NCBI GenBank assembly: GCA_963664395.2 | Contig: OY761159.2 | Location: 1,952,001-2,016,000 of the forward strand | DNA from: Candidatus Binatia bacterium | GTDB taxonomy: Bacteria; Desulfobacterota; Binatia; Bin18 | Direction of reading: 5' to 3' | DNA: 64,000 bases | Part shown: piece after piece, positions 1-10,330 of the stretch | Position numbering within the stretch: the stretch's first letter is position 1 | How the letters are laid out: each line of letters opens with the position of its first letter | Translations under genes and position numbers: made by a program | Notes under the pieces: generated by a model | What the model was told of the DNA's origin: nothing | The model's database searches: none | What the model saw: only the letters and a program-made list of their open reading frames with translations

Positions 1-29
1 GCCGAAGGCCGGGGTGGGTTCCTGTTCCC

Positions 30-1406
30 TTATTGCCGCATTCCCACTGCCTTCAACTGCGCTATAAATTCCTCTTGCGACCGGGTTCCCTTCATGCTGT
101 TACACGCCCCACACAACAGTTGTAAATTCTCCAGATGGTCACTCCCGCCTTTTGATTGTGGGATAACATGGTCTATCGTCATGTTGCGGAAGGGAAACAT
201 AATCAGACAGCCTGCACAAATACCCTCCTGCTTACCGTACAGCGTATGTTTATGTGTCTTGTAGGAAGGAAGTTTCCCGAAGTCTGTCCGACTCGGAATG
301 TCTGTTCTATGGTGAATCTCGTAGAACAAGCCCATTTCTTGTTTAATGCGGGATTTCACCAGGGAAGCCGCCACAGGAGAGAGATCAATCCCCACCCATT
401 GGCGCTTTAATTTTTCAGCGGCCACACACGCCGTCGCACATCCACAAAATGAGTCTAAGACCGTATCCCCTTTGTTGGAAGAGGCTTGGATGATTCGTTC
501 AAGGAGCTTGAGGGGTTTTTGCGTAGGATAGCCGACATGCTCCTTTGCACTAGCCTGAATAGAACCAAAGTCCATCCATAGGTCGTCCACGGCCCGACCC
601 TTTTGTTCGTCCAAGTAGCGCTTCAGACTCGGGACCCCTCCAGGTTTTGTCTGTACGACGAGCCCATCCTCATATGCCTTTTGCATCCGCTCTTTCGTCC
701 AACGCCACACCCTCGTCACGCCCAAAAACTCATAGGTCAGGTTTGGCCGGTTTTTATTTGGATTAGCAAGATTGTCCAGCCGATAGCGTCGCCCTGTTTC
801 AGGCTCAACATGCCGATATGATTTTTTCACATAGTCGGCATCATGCGCCTGATATTGGGGATTCCATGACGGCTCTTTTGTTTTGGCATAGTACAGTAGG
901 ACATCATGGTTGGAAGCAAACCGAGTGGAAGCTAACCCCTTTGCATTCGTTCTACGCCACACAATCTCATTCCGAAAATTCTTTGCCCTGAATATCGCGT
1001 CCATGAGGGTTTTCAGGTAATGGCTCGCAGTCGGATCACAATGAAGATAAACGGAGCCGGTCGGCTTCAGTAGCCGGTGCATCTCCAAGAGGCGCACGGC
1101 CATCATAATTAGATACGATTTCATCCTCTTACCGTGCGAATGCCCAGCAGCGTCAATAATGCCGTATAAAGCCGGTTCTTTGTCCGCTATCTCCCCGTGC
1201 CATGCCTCATCTACATCGCTCAGGGTCCAGGTATCCTTGAAAGCCGCGCCCGCCGCTTCACTGCCTATCGGTGCGGAATAGTTCTGGTTCGAGTTGAATG
1301 GCGGATCAAGATAAATCAAATCGACAGATTCGGAGTTCATCCCCCGCATGATGTCGAGGTTATCACCCGTCCATAATGTCCGGTTTTTCCAATTCGGTTG
1401 CGCCAT
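30..1406 (-). CDS. N6-adenine/N4-cytosine DNA methyltransferase (beta class) fused to a C-terminal HNH endonuclease
   Basis: Catalytic motif LIYLDPPFNS precedes YPTQKP and the SAM-binding motif VLDSFCGCAT (beta order); the C-terminal CAGC..IDHVIPQSKGGSDHLENLQLLCGACNSMKG is a classic HNH zinc module. Confidence 0.9.
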   Translation of the reverse strand: MAQPNWKNRTLWTGDNLDIMRGMNSESVDLIYLDPPFNSNQNYSAPIGSEAAGAAFKDTWTLSDVDEAWHGEIADKEPALYGIIDAAGHSHGKRMKSYLIMMAVRLLEMHRLLKPTGSVYLHCDPTASHYLKTLMDAIFRAKNFRNEIVWRRTNAKGLASTRFASNHDVLLYYAKTKEPSWNPQYQAHDADYVKKSYRHVEPETGRRYRLDNLANPNKNRPNLTYEFLGVTRVWRWTKERMQKAYEDGLVVQTKPGGVPSLKRYLDEQKGRAVDDLWMDFGSIQASAKEHVGYPTQKPLKLLERIIQASSNKGDTVLDSFCGCATACVAAEKLKRQWVGIDLSPVAASLVKSRIKQEMGLFYEIHHRTDIPSRTDFGKLPSYKTHKHTLYGKQEGICAGCLIMFPFRNMTIDHVIPQSKGGSDHLENLQLLCGACNSMKGTRSQEEFIAQLKAVGMRQ

Positions 1407-1783
1407 ACCTTACTCAGCAATCAAATCCTGATATCGTGGTTAGTCATTCGCCAATCTCCACTCTATCCGCCTCATCTGGTCGGCTATAGATGATAGGTTT
1501 TTGTTCTTCTTTCTGAAAGCCCACAAACGAAGGATACCAATGTCTTCGAGTAGGTTCTGGACTCCCCAATATTCAAAAGGAAAGATGTTCTTCGATATGG
1601 TATCTATTTACCAAAGTTAGAATTTCAAGTTCATACCGCAAAACTAATGGACTCGACCGAGACCGAACTCGTCCTTCTGAAAACCAGGCTTACAATCTTG
1701 AAACGTCAGAAACGCGGCCTGATGCAATACGGGTAAATGGCAGATGAATACGTCTGAATTTTGCTGAGAGGGGAGCAACAGCA

Positions 1784-4700
1784 ATGCCTCTACCGGGGGG
1801 TCCTTCTGACAAGCTTGGCAATCGCTACGAACTGTGGTGGACGGTATCGCAGCTTGTCCGAATCATGGATGGGCAGGCCGAAAGCATCCGAATTGAGGAT
1901 CCGACGGTCGATAAAGCTGAGTTTGTAATCACCGTTGGAAACCAAGAAGAGCTTCATCAGGCAAAACGCAGTCATCCAAATGGTAAGTGGAGCCTGTATT
2001 CTCTCGGAGGCGACGGCCTGCTTCAAGCAATATTTGATCAGCTTTCTAAAAATTCCAATATACGATTCATTTTTGTTTCAGGTAGTGATGCCCCGGAGTT
2101 GAGAGAGCTGACGGAGCGGGCCGTAAGTGCGGAGAATCTGGAGGAATTTAAGGCAGTATTTGTCAGCGCCAAGGCTCACAAGGAAACGCTCGGGAAACTC
2201 AAAGGTTTCTGGCGTGGCACAGACACCGCCACGGCATACGAGATACTTCAGCGTATCGAAGTCCGTACAATTGATGAGAGAGGGCTTGAAGAACAGGTGC
2301 GAGGATCGTTGCAGGTGCGGTTCTTGACCAATCCGAATGACGTTTACGACACCCTTCGTAGCATTGTTGAAGATTCAATTCACAAGACCGTAGATCGTGA
2401 ATCCCTGGTTTCTATCCTTCAGAGCAGGGGCTTCACGTTGCGGAAACTCACCAAACCGGATGACGCCCCTGCGCTTATTTCTGAGGTAGCGGATTCCTAT
2501 CTCGAAGCCGCACGCCGAAAGCTCATCCAAGGCTCACTCATCCCTCGCTCTTCGACTCGGGAGCTGCTTGCCAAGATAAAAGAGAACGCCGGCAGGGGGG
2601 CGGATTGCGTTCTTACCGGCAAGGCAGGAGGCGGTAAGACAGGCTGTGTCATTGAATGTGTAGAAAAGCTCCGCCAAAGCGATAATCCTGTCGCGGTGCT
2701 TGCCTTTCGTCTGGATCGCATAGGGCCGGTAGCGTCAACCAAGGAATTAGGCGAACAGCTTGGCCTCGAAGAATCTCCAGCTCTCGTACTGGCGACGGCG
2801 GCTGAGACCATGTCGAGCGAGGCCGTCCTTGTGATTGACCAACTCGATGCTGTGAGCACCACATCCGGCCGTAGTGCAGACTTCTTTTATGTTGTGGAAG
2901 ACCTTTTGAGCGAAGTACGAAATTTGCGTAGCAGAGTGAGATTTCACGTCGTAGTTGTCTGTAGAGAGTTTGACTGGAAGAACGATCACCGCTTACGCCC
3001 CCTTCTTCCTGAGAATTCTCCGAATATCGCCGTTACGGACTTCTCTCTGGACGAGGTAAAATCCGCGCTTACTACCAGCGGTTTCGACACTGAGTTGTTT
3101 GGCGCAAGGCAACTGGAGCTGCTTTGTATTCCCCAGAATCTGGCGTTGTTCCTTGATGCTCATTACGATCCCCACTTGCGGCCACTGTTCTCTTCCCACA
3201 AAGAACTGTTCGACCAGTACTGGAAAGAGAAACGCCGGAAGGTCAATGAGCGCGCTAATCCCTTGTCCGATCACTGGAGCGGCGTGATCCAGGTATTGTG
3301 CGTTGAGATGACCGCATCGCAGCAACTCTCGGCACTGAAGGAGAAGCTGGACCAATTCCCGAGCGACTATCTTGACCAGATGGCGTCAGAGGGCGTGCTT
3401 TCGTTCGATGGAAAGCGCTACGGCTTCGGCCATGAGTCATTTTTCGACTACTGTTTCGCCCGCGGCTTTGTCGCAAAAGAGGAATCTTTGACAGCGTTCC
3501 TGTTGAACTCTGAGCAACATCTCTTTCGACGGGCACAGGTGAGACAAGTTCTCGAATATCTTCGTGACGCCGGCCGGGACCGGTATTGTAGGGAACTTAG
3601 CGGATTACTGACGGATGAGAGAATTCGCGTTCATCTCAAGGACCTTGCTGTTTCCTTGGCTGTCTCGCTGCCAAACCCCGAAGAGAACGAATGGGAGGTG
3701 CTTGCGCCGTGGATCGAATCTCAGCTTGAAGCACTCAGCAGCGGCAAACCGAATCCAGACAAGTTTACGTCTTTAGTCTGGAACAAAGTTTTCTTTTCGC
3801 AGCAATGGTTTCAGATTGTGGATCAAAAAGGTCTGGTTGCGAATTGGCTCTCATCCGAGAATGACGCTCTTGTCAACATAGGCGTGAACTATGTCAGTTC
3901 TCACCAGAGGCATTCAGGCGACAGAGTGGCTGAGCTTCTTGAGCCATTTGTGGGAAGGGGTGGCGAATGGTCTCAACGGTTAAGCCACGTTATGCAACTG
4001 GCTGATCTTGAAAACAGCCGAGGATTCTTTGATCTATTTCTGAGGTTAATAGACGATGGAGCCCTGGACGACGCTCGTGGGTTCGCCGTTAATAGTACCT
4101 TCTGGAGTCTGCTGTATAGCTTGGCGAAGGCACGCCCCGCTTGGATTGCCGAGGTAGCTGCTCATTGGCTACTCAGACGACTTTCGATTACCCGAGAAAT
4201 CAAGGACGATGCAGGTAAGCCTAACTGGTATAATCTGTTCGGCTACGATGAATTTGGCTCAAAACCCATTTCTGACTCGGCAGAAAAAGCTCCTGAAGAG
4301 TTCGCACGTTATGTTCTACCGGTGGTCCTAAAAATTGCCAATGAAGCCGTCGCCGACGAGGAGAAACCCGCACCTAAGTATGACGCAGTGTGGAGGATTC
4401 CGTTCGACAGTGAGCATCCTTTAATTGGCCAGGCCTGCAGAAACGCGACTGCTGCGGCAATAGAAAAACTGGCTGAGATTAGAGCAGACAGTATTGATGG
4501 AATTCTTACGGAGTTGCGCATCCGTGACACCTACATGGCAAATTATCTTCTGCTTCGCGCCTACACGGCTGGCGCAAGGTACTTTGCCAATGACGCAGTT
4601 TCTGAACTGTGTGACAAAACTTGGCGTTTTGAATGCGGATACGCTGACAGCACCCACTGGACAGCAATTCAATTGATAAAGTCGGTTGCCCCACTTTGTT

Positions 4701-6355
4701 CCAACGAGAATCGTGCCAGACTCGAAAATACGATCCTCGACTATGTCCCCCATTACGAGCGTACTCCCGGCGGATATAAATTGAGAGGGAACGCTTGTTT
4801 TGCTCTACTATCGGGTATTCCGGCTGGATTGCGTAGCAAGAACGCTCAGGCGCGCTACGCAAAACTTGAACGTCAGTTTGGAGTGGCGGCATCCCCTCCT
4901 CAAAAAATCCAAATGCGTCTTGTAGGCTCTCCGATTGAAAAGTCCGCAGCCGAGAAAATGACAGATGAGCAATGGCTCCGAGCAATTAAAAAGTATGATT
5001 CGGAGGAAAGGCGCAACTGGCAGAACCTTGAAAGGGGTGGAGGGGCCTTGGAGCTTGCGCGAATCCTGCAAGAGCACGTGAAAGAAGAGCCAGAACGGTT
5101 TGCCCGCTTGAGCCTCATATTTCCATCAGACACAAATCCACTCTACGTGGAACGCACACTCATGGGCTTAAAGGAAACAAGAGACTTCACGGAACTTAAA
5201 CTACAAGTCTGCCGCAAAGCATACTCCGAGGCTCGTAAAGACTGTGGACAAGCAATTGCCGACTTGCTGGGCTCTATCGAAGAGGCACTTCCCGACGACG
5301 CTGTAGAGATGCTCAACTGGTTGGCAACCAAGCATCCCGAACCAGAGAAGGAGTTGTGGAGAGAAAAAGCCCCGAGTGGTGGTGTCTACTATGGCGGGGA
5401 CATTCTCACACACGGCATAAACACAACACGTGGGCGTGCTGCCGGGGCCATTCATGACCTTATCCTACGTGATGTCTCGTACATTGAGCGTTTTCGCACC
5501 ACCATTGAGCGGTTGGTCAACGATAAAAGTGTAACCGTTCGGGCCTGCACTAGCCCCATTCTCTTGGCGATAATCAATCATGACTCGGAATTTGCTTTAG
5601 AACAGTTTCTGAGACTCGTCGAACCTCGGGACAACCGAACTGACGATGATCATCTACTGGTGACGCACTACGTGGAATACTTCATCAATTACGGGCTATG
5701 TGAACATTTTGGACGCCTTCGGCACGTTGTTGAACGGATGCTACGGTCTGGACAGCCTGAAACAAGCAAAGCCGGAGCTCGGCTGTCGAGCATTGCGGTG
5801 CTCCTTCATCACGACGACGCTGAAGCCCTCGTAGAAGAAGCTCTCTGCGGCAACTCGTCGCAGAGGCTCGGAGTGGCGCAGGTGGTCTCTTCTAATATTG
5901 GTAAGGCGGAACACCGGCAATGGTCAGAGCAACAACTCCTACCGCTTTTCAACGATAGTGATAGCGAGGTCCGTCAAGAAGCTGCAAGTTGTTTTCGTAG
6001 CTTGGAAGGACAACCTTTGGAGTCCTACGAAAATCTAATCAATGAATTCTGCGATAGTGCGGCCTACCAGGAAGACTCGTTTTCTCTCCTTCACGCCCTT
6101 GAGGAATCTCCGCAAAAACTTCCTGGTATCACTCACACTGTCTGCGAGAAGTTTCTCGAACGATTCAGTGATGAGGCGGGGGATATGCGTACACATCGCG
6201 CACTTGATAGCCGCAACTTGGCAAAACTCATTCTCAGGACATACCATCAACATCAACATGACGAGTGGGCTTCTAAATGTCTCGATCTGATAGACCAGAT
6301 GTGCCTTGAGGGAACTTATGAAATCAGGACCAATCTGGACGAGTACGAACGGTAA
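1784..6355 (+). CDS. Avs-like antiviral STAND NTPase: N-terminal PD-(D/E)xK (Cap4/Mrr-like) nuclease, NACHT-like NTPase, long helical sensor region
   Basis: 1523 aa; N-term GGPSDKLGNRYE..DKAEF..HQAK; Walker A GKAGGGKT; Walker B VLVIDQLD; FGHESFFDY winged-helix motif; HEAT-like C-terminus; GAGAGGGG SD-like sequence upstream. Confidence 0.8.
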   Translation: MPLPGGPSDKLGNRYELWWTVSQLVRIMDGQAESIRIEDPTVDKAEFVITVGNQEELHQAKRSHPNGKWSLYSLGGDGLLQAIFDQLSKNSNIRFIFVSGSDAPELRELTERAVSAENLEEFKAVFVSAKAHKETLGKLKGFWRGTDTATAYEILQRIEVRTIDERGLEEQVRGSLQVRFLTNPNDVYDTLRSIVEDSIHKTVDRESLVSILQSRGFTLRKLTKPDDAPALISEVADSYLEAARRKLIQGSLIPRSSTRELLAKIKENAGRGADCVLTGKAGGGKTGCVIECVEKLRQSDNPVAVLAFRLDRIGPVASTKELGEQLGLEESPALVLATAAETMSSEAVLVIDQLDAVSTTSGRSADFFYVVEDLLSEVRNLRSRVRFHVVVVCREFDWKNDHRLRPLLPENSPNIAVTDFSLDEVKSALTTSGFDTELFGARQLELLCIPQNLALFLDAHYDPHLRPLFSSHKELFDQYWKEKRRKVNERANPLSDHWSGVIQVLCVEMTASQQLSALKEKLDQFPSDYLDQMASEGVLSFDGKRYGFGHESFFDYCFARGFVAKEESLTAFLLNSEQHLFRRAQVRQVLEYLRDAGRDRYCRELSGLLTDERIRVHLKDLAVSLAVSLPNPEENEWEVLAPWIESQLEALSSGKPNPDKFTSLVWNKVFFSQQWFQIVDQKGLVANWLSSENDALVNIGVNYVSSHQRHSGDRVAELLEPFVGRGGEWSQRLSHVMQLADLENSRGFFDLFLRLIDDGALDDARGFAVNSTFWSLLYSLAKARPAWIAEVAAHWLLRRLSITREIKDDAGKPNWYNLFGYDEFGSKPISDSAEKAPEEFARYVLPVVLKIANEAVADEEKPAPKYDAVWRIPFDSEHPLIGQACRNATAAAIEKLAEIRADSIDGILTELRIRDTYMANYLLLRAYTAGARYFANDAVSELCDKTWRFECGYADSTHWTAIQLIKSVAPLCSNENRARLENTILDYVPHYERTPGGYKLRGNACFALLSGIPAGLRSKNAQARYAKLERQFGVAASPPQKIQMRLVGSPIEKSAAEKMTDEQWLRAIKKYDSEERRNWQNLERGGGALELARILQEHVKEEPERFARLSLIFPSDTNPLYVERTLMGLKETRDFTELKLQVCRKAYSEARKDCGQAIADLLGSIEEALPDDAVEMLNWLATKHPEPEKELWREKAPSGGVYYGGDILTHGINTTRGRAAGAIHDLILRDVSYIERFRTTIERLVNDKSVTVRACTSPILLAIINHDSEFALEQFLRLVEPRDNRTDDDHLLVTHYVEYFINYGLCEHFGRLRHVVERMLRSGQPETSKAGARLSSIAVLLHHDDAEALVEEALCGNSSQRLGVAQVVSSNIGKAEHRQWSEQQLLPLFNDSDSEVRQEAASCFRSLEGQPLESYENLINEFCDSAAYQEDSFSLLHALEESPQKLPGITHTVCEKFLERFSDEAGDMRTHRALDSRNLAKLILRTYHQHQHDEWASKCLDLIDQMCLEGTYEIRTNLDEYER

Positions 6356-6425
6356 CGCGGATAGGGATCACGCATTAGCGGGACATGTTGGATTACGCCT
6401 TGCTAATCCAACCTACGGGAACTGA

Positions 6426-6713
6426 CTACGCGGCTTTTGCTTCGATCTGGAACCGGACACGCAAGCCGGCTCGGGCCAGCATGTTGATAAGTTTATCGAT
6501 ACTAAAGCGACTAATCTCTCCTTTCATTAAATTACTGATACGAGGCTGGGTCTCACCAAAGAAGGCAGCGGCCTCAACTTGGGTCCAGCCCTGGTCTTGA
6601 ATGTATTGCCGTATGTCGAGCATGAGGTCGGCCCGGATTTTCAAATTGGCTGCTTCTTCTGCATCAAATCCTAGGTCCACAAAGACATTGTCCTGGCCTC
6701 GTGTGATGTTCAT
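6426..6713 (-). CDS. higA: XRE-family HTH antitoxin (HigA-like)
   Basis: NVFVDLGF..WTQVEAAAFFGETQPRISNLMKG..FSIDKL; ATGA overlap with the upstream toxin. Confidence 0.85.
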   Translation of the reverse strand: MNITRGQDNVFVDLGFDAEEAANLKIRADLMLDIRQYIQDQGWTQVEAAAFFGETQPRISNLMKGEISRFSIDKLINMLARAGLRVRFQIEAKAA

Positions 6714-7060
6714 GATCTTATCTCCGCTTTCGATTGTTGACGCCGCTGCACGATTCGATACCGCTGCTGACCGATTTCAATATCTTGCTTCGCTGTCCTT
6801 TGCGTTTTTTTCTGAAAGGCATGCAGAACGTAAATTACTTCCTCGAGCTTCGCCACATAAAACACACGGTACGCCCCTCTAGCACGGATACGAATCTCCT
6901 GGACTCCAGGACCAACGGCGGGCATAGGCCGAAAATCCATTGGATCTTGTCCACGCTGAATCGCTCGCAATTCGAGACCAGCTTTCCGCTTGGCCTCTTG
7001 TGGAAATTGACGGATGTCATCCAGCGACGATCCAATCCAGGCGAGTAGTTTATCACTCAT
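6710..7060 (-). CDS. higB: RelE/HigB-family toxin (Gp49/DUF891-like)
   Basis: WIGSSLDDIRQFP..GPGVQEIRI..YRVFYVAK..IYVLHAFQKKTQRT; toxin-first gene order. Confidence 0.85.
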   Translation of the reverse strand: MSDKLLAWIGSSLDDIRQFPQEAKRKAGLELRAIQRGQDPMDFRPMPAVGPGVQEIRIRARGAYRVFYVAKLEEVIYVLHAFQKKTQRTAKQDIEIGQQRYRIVQRRQQSKAEIRS

Positions 7061-7061
7061 A

Positions 7062-7103
7062 TATGCCTAATATGGCATACCGAGTGCTGGCAGCTATTGT
7101 CAA
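7062..7103 (-). promoter_or_regulatory. Putative higBA promoter/operator
   Basis: Inverted repeat TATGCC-N6-GGCATA (7062-7079) directly upstream of the start codon; TTGACA on the minus strand at 7098-7103. Confidence 0.55.
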
Positions 7104-7219
7104 GCAAGGGCTGCCATAGCGTCCCATTGGGCCGAGGAATCCAGGTCGGTGCTTGTCCGAACCTCCTTATAGAAGCAAAAGAGCGACACAATCTGGACAC
7201 CGGAGGAGACGCTCGGCGC

Positions 7220-8458
7220 CTAGCGCGTCAGCGATGGGAAAAGCGGCTCGGTGCTAATGATGCCCTCGTCAGAGAGCCGCTGTATCTCCTCCTTCGATAA
7301 GCCCAGCAGGCTGCCGAAGATACGCTCATTGTGTTTGCCGAAACTTGGGGCGGGCCGACGGACGACGGAAGGCGTATCGGGAAATTGAGGGACGAAGCCC
7401 GGATAGAAGTGCGGGCCGGTTTCCTCTTTGTCGATCGTTAACAGAAACTCACGCGCGGCAAGGTGCGGGTCACTCAGCACACCTGCACCAGACAGCACGA
7501 CTCCAGCGGCCACTCCCACTTCTTGTAGACTTTCCATCATCCCAGTTGCATCATGCTCCTGTGTCCAGGCGGTCATATGTTGGTCGAGTTCGTCCTCAGC
7601 CGCCTTTCTCCCTTGCGCCGTTCCGAACCCACCGTTTTGAGTCCACACCGGATTCCCCAGGACGCCACATAAATTGCGCCAGTCCTCGTCGGACGTGACC
7701 GCAATCGTTATCCACTCATCTTCACCTTGACACGGATAACACCCGTGGGGCGCCAGGGTGGGGTGACGATTGCCCAGTCGCTGCTGAGAGCGACCATTGA
7801 TGGTGTACCCCAGCAGAGCGGCGGCGTTGAACGGTAAGAGTCCCTCAACGTGGGACAGATCAATCGAGACCCCTGCGCCGCGCCGTTCTTGTTCAAATGT
7901 CCCGACCAGCGAAACGAAGCAGGCGTTGAGCGCCGACACCGGATCGCCGATAGCGTTGCTGAGCATCTGGGGTGGGCCGTCTTCATACCCACTGACCCCC
8001 GTAATCCCGGCCATGGCTTCGGTGGTGGTACCAAAACCGAGATATTCGCTCTCCGGACCACTATTGCCAAAGGCCGGCAGGGTAACCATCACGAGTTGCG
8101 GGTTGACCGCTTTCAGCGTGTCAAACTCAATGCCGAGTTTGCGCAAACTGCGCGGCGGATAATTGGCGACCAAGACATCACTGATACGGATCAGGTCACG
8201 AAACAGCTCTCGTCCCCGCGGGTGGGTGAGTTCAAGCGCAATGCCATACTTATTCCGATTGACCGTATTAAACGTTGGTGACTGCTCGTAGGGCTTGCCC
8301 CCATTTTCTGTGACCTCGGGGGCGGCTCCGCGCCACCAGTCCATATGAGACGGGGATTCCACTTTAATGACCTCCGCGCCAAAGTCAGCGAGCAGACAGG
8401 TCGCCAACGGACCAGCCCAGCCATTGGTTAAATCCACAACTCGTAGCGGCTTTGTCAT
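7220..8458 (-). CDS. Family III CoA transferase (CaiB/BaiF), catalytic-Asp subunit
   Basis: LRVVDLT..AGP..LADFGAEVIKVE, NRNK, IGDPVSA; start chosen at MTKPL behind an AGGAG SD. Confidence 0.9.
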   Translation of the reverse strand: MTKPLRVVDLTNGWAGPLATCLLADFGAEVIKVESPSHMDWWRGAAPEVTENGGKPYEQSPTFNTVNRNKYGIALELTHPRGRELFRDLIRISDVLVANYPPRSLRKLGIEFDTLKAVNPQLVMVTLPAFGNSGPESEYLGFGTTTEAMAGITGVSGYEDGPPQMLSNAIGDPVSALNACFVSLVGTFEQERRGAGVSIDLSHVEGLLPFNAAALLGYTINGRSQQRLGNRHPTLAPHGCYPCQGEDEWITIAVTSDEDWRNLCGVLGNPVWTQNGGFGTAQGRKAAEDELDQHMTAWTQEHDATGMMESLQEVGVAAGVVLSGAGVLSDPHLAAREFLLTIDKEETGPHFYPGFVPQFPDTPSVVRRPAPSFGKHNERIFGSLLGLSKEEIQRLSDEGIISTEPLFPSLTR

Positions 8459-8481
8459 ACGCGTGCTCCTGTCTCCTGATA

Positions 8482-9702
8482 TCACTGTGAGTTGATTACG
8501 CCCGCGGCTCGCAGGCGGTGCAAATCAGCGTTGCTATAGCCCAGCTTTTCGCCCAGAACGCCCGCGGTGTGCTCCCCGACACGTGGGGCGCGACGGAGGC
8601 TGAGGATAGGCGCTCCACTTTCGCGGGACGGTGGGCCGGGGATGGAGACGGTTCCTCCTCCGGGACGCTCGATCTCGATAAACGCCCGACGCTCTTTGAG
8701 TTGGACCCATTCAACGACTTCCTGGGCAGAAGGGATAGGCGACAACGGAATCCCCCGTGCTTGCGCAGCATGATAGATGTCCCACTTCTTGCGGTCACGC
8801 ATCCACGGAATAAGTGCCGCGTGCAATTCATCGGCGCACGTTGCCAGGGACGGGATGTTCCGAAAGCGTGCATCACTCGCCAGGTCGGGCCGCTCAACCA
8901 GTTCGAGCAGGGCAACAATTTGATGCGGCAGGCCGGCATGGACGCCAACATACCCATCCGCACACGGCAGCGTGACCAGATTCGGGAAAGCCGCATGGAA
9001 CTGCTTGCCCGAACGCCGGCGGACAAAGCCTGAATAGGAAAACGCCACAAAATCGTATAAGGACGTGGCAACCAGGGCCTCCTGAATGGACACCTCAACG
9101 TGCTGCGCGGCGTGTGTTGCATTGCGGGTCCGTACGGCATGCAGGGTGCCGATGGCGGCGTACAACCCGGCCACGTATTGGCCGAACGCACCACCGGGCT
9201 GGACCGGCGGGCGGTCTTGCTCACCCATTGGATAGGTCCAACTGCCCAGGGCAAAGGCCACACTGTCGGTCATACGATAGTCACGGTAGGGGCCGGATGA
9301 GCCGAAGTTAGAGATGGCAACACTCACCACCCGTGGATTGGCAGCCCGCAGCACCTCTTGACTCAAACCCAGGCGCTCAAGCGTTCCCGGACGAAAATTC
9401 TCAACGACAACATCCGCCTGTTCAATCAGCCGTAGGACAACCTCACGTCCGGGTTGACGCCTGAGGTCAATAGCAACCGACTGTGGGCTGGTATTCAAAA
9501 AACAAAAGAGGCCGCTATTCTCGGGCCCAGGCTGATCGTCAAAAAATGGGGGGAGTGTCCGCCCTCCTTCGCCGCGTACTGGCGGCTCAATCTTGATGAC
9601 CTCAGCCCCATAGTCGCCGAGCAATTTCGTACAATAGGGCCCCGCAATATAATGGGTGAGGTCAACAACTCGAATGCCACTCAAGGCACGTTCCAGGGAC
9701 AT
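8482..9702 (-). CDS. Family III CoA transferase (CaiB/BaiF), probably a non-catalytic subunit
   Basis: LSGIRVVDLT..AGPYCTKLLGDYGAEVIKIEPP, ENFRPG, APRVGEHT; start MSLERA behind AAGGAGG; the catalytic Asp position reads Gln (FGQYVAG). Confidence 0.88.
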   Translation of the reverse strand: MSLERALSGIRVVDLTHYIAGPYCTKLLGDYGAEVIKIEPPVRGEGGRTLPPFFDDQPGPENSGLFCFLNTSPQSVAIDLRRQPGREVVLRLIEQADVVVENFRPGTLERLGLSQEVLRAANPRVVSVAISNFGSSGPYRDYRMTDSVAFALGSWTYPMGEQDRPPVQPGGAFGQYVAGLYAAIGTLHAVRTRNATHAAQHVEVSIQEALVATSLYDFVAFSYSGFVRRRSGKQFHAAFPNLVTLPCADGYVGVHAGLPHQIVALLELVERPDLASDARFRNIPSLATCADELHAALIPWMRDRKKWDIYHAAQARGIPLSPIPSAQEVVEWVQLKERRAFIEIERPGGGTVSIPGPPSRESGAPILSLRRAPRVGEHTAGVLGEKLGYSNADLHRLRAAGVINSQ

Positions 9703-9918
9703 GCTTACCCTCCTTATATGACAACACGCAAAGAAGATGTGAGTATTGGTCATCTGCGGCGCGGCTGTCAAGATTCGCCCGCTTTAACGATTGTGACGAC
9801 GTTCCCGCTCTCAGCATATGACGGATTGACGAAGGGGGGAGTTCCCTCTATACACTGCTGGGGTGAACACACGCCTGCACGAGGAGGCATGGGGTTAAAG
9901 CGCGCAGAGAGGACACGC

Positions 9919-10155
9919 ATGATTATTGACTCAGAAACCTTCGGCGAAATAGAAAGTGCCGTGACCCAGGCGACCCAGGGGATAGGTTCTGCCACCCAGC
10001 TTGTCAAAGGACTCGGTCCCCAAACCGAAGAGGCCCGCACCTATATTGGCCGCTTGCTCAATCAGATCCTCGAAGTCCAGGTCTATGTTCAACGCGCGAG
10101 CGCTGTTCTTGATGCGGTCAAAGAAGCAAATCAAGAAGAGTCGTCCCGCCAGTAA
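9919..10155 (+). CDS. Small helical hypothetical protein (78 aa)
   Basis: GAGAGG SD then ATG; MIIDSETFGEIESAVTQA.. has an amphipathic, protein-like composition. Confidence 0.55.
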   Translation: MIIDSETFGEIESAVTQATQGIGSATQLVKGLGPQTEEARTYIGRLLNQILEVQVYVQRASAVLDAVKEANQEESSRQ

Positions 10156-10330
10156 GAGGAATATTCGCATCGTCCCGCTCTGTTTTGTGCCTCGCTCTTG
10201 GGCGCGCGCCTCCTTCTCGTCGGGCAAGCGTCCATCCTTCCATGGATTTTCCCGCCAACGTCTGGTCCAATGCCTCCCCTAGGATTCATCTGGCTGAAGA
10301 ATTGGGATATAGTAGGGTTTCGCTCGTGTT

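Noticed and set aside
1440-1610. Open stretch of about 55 codons on the minus strand between the MTase and the Avs-like gene
   Set aside because: No convincing start codon or SD and no recognisable motif
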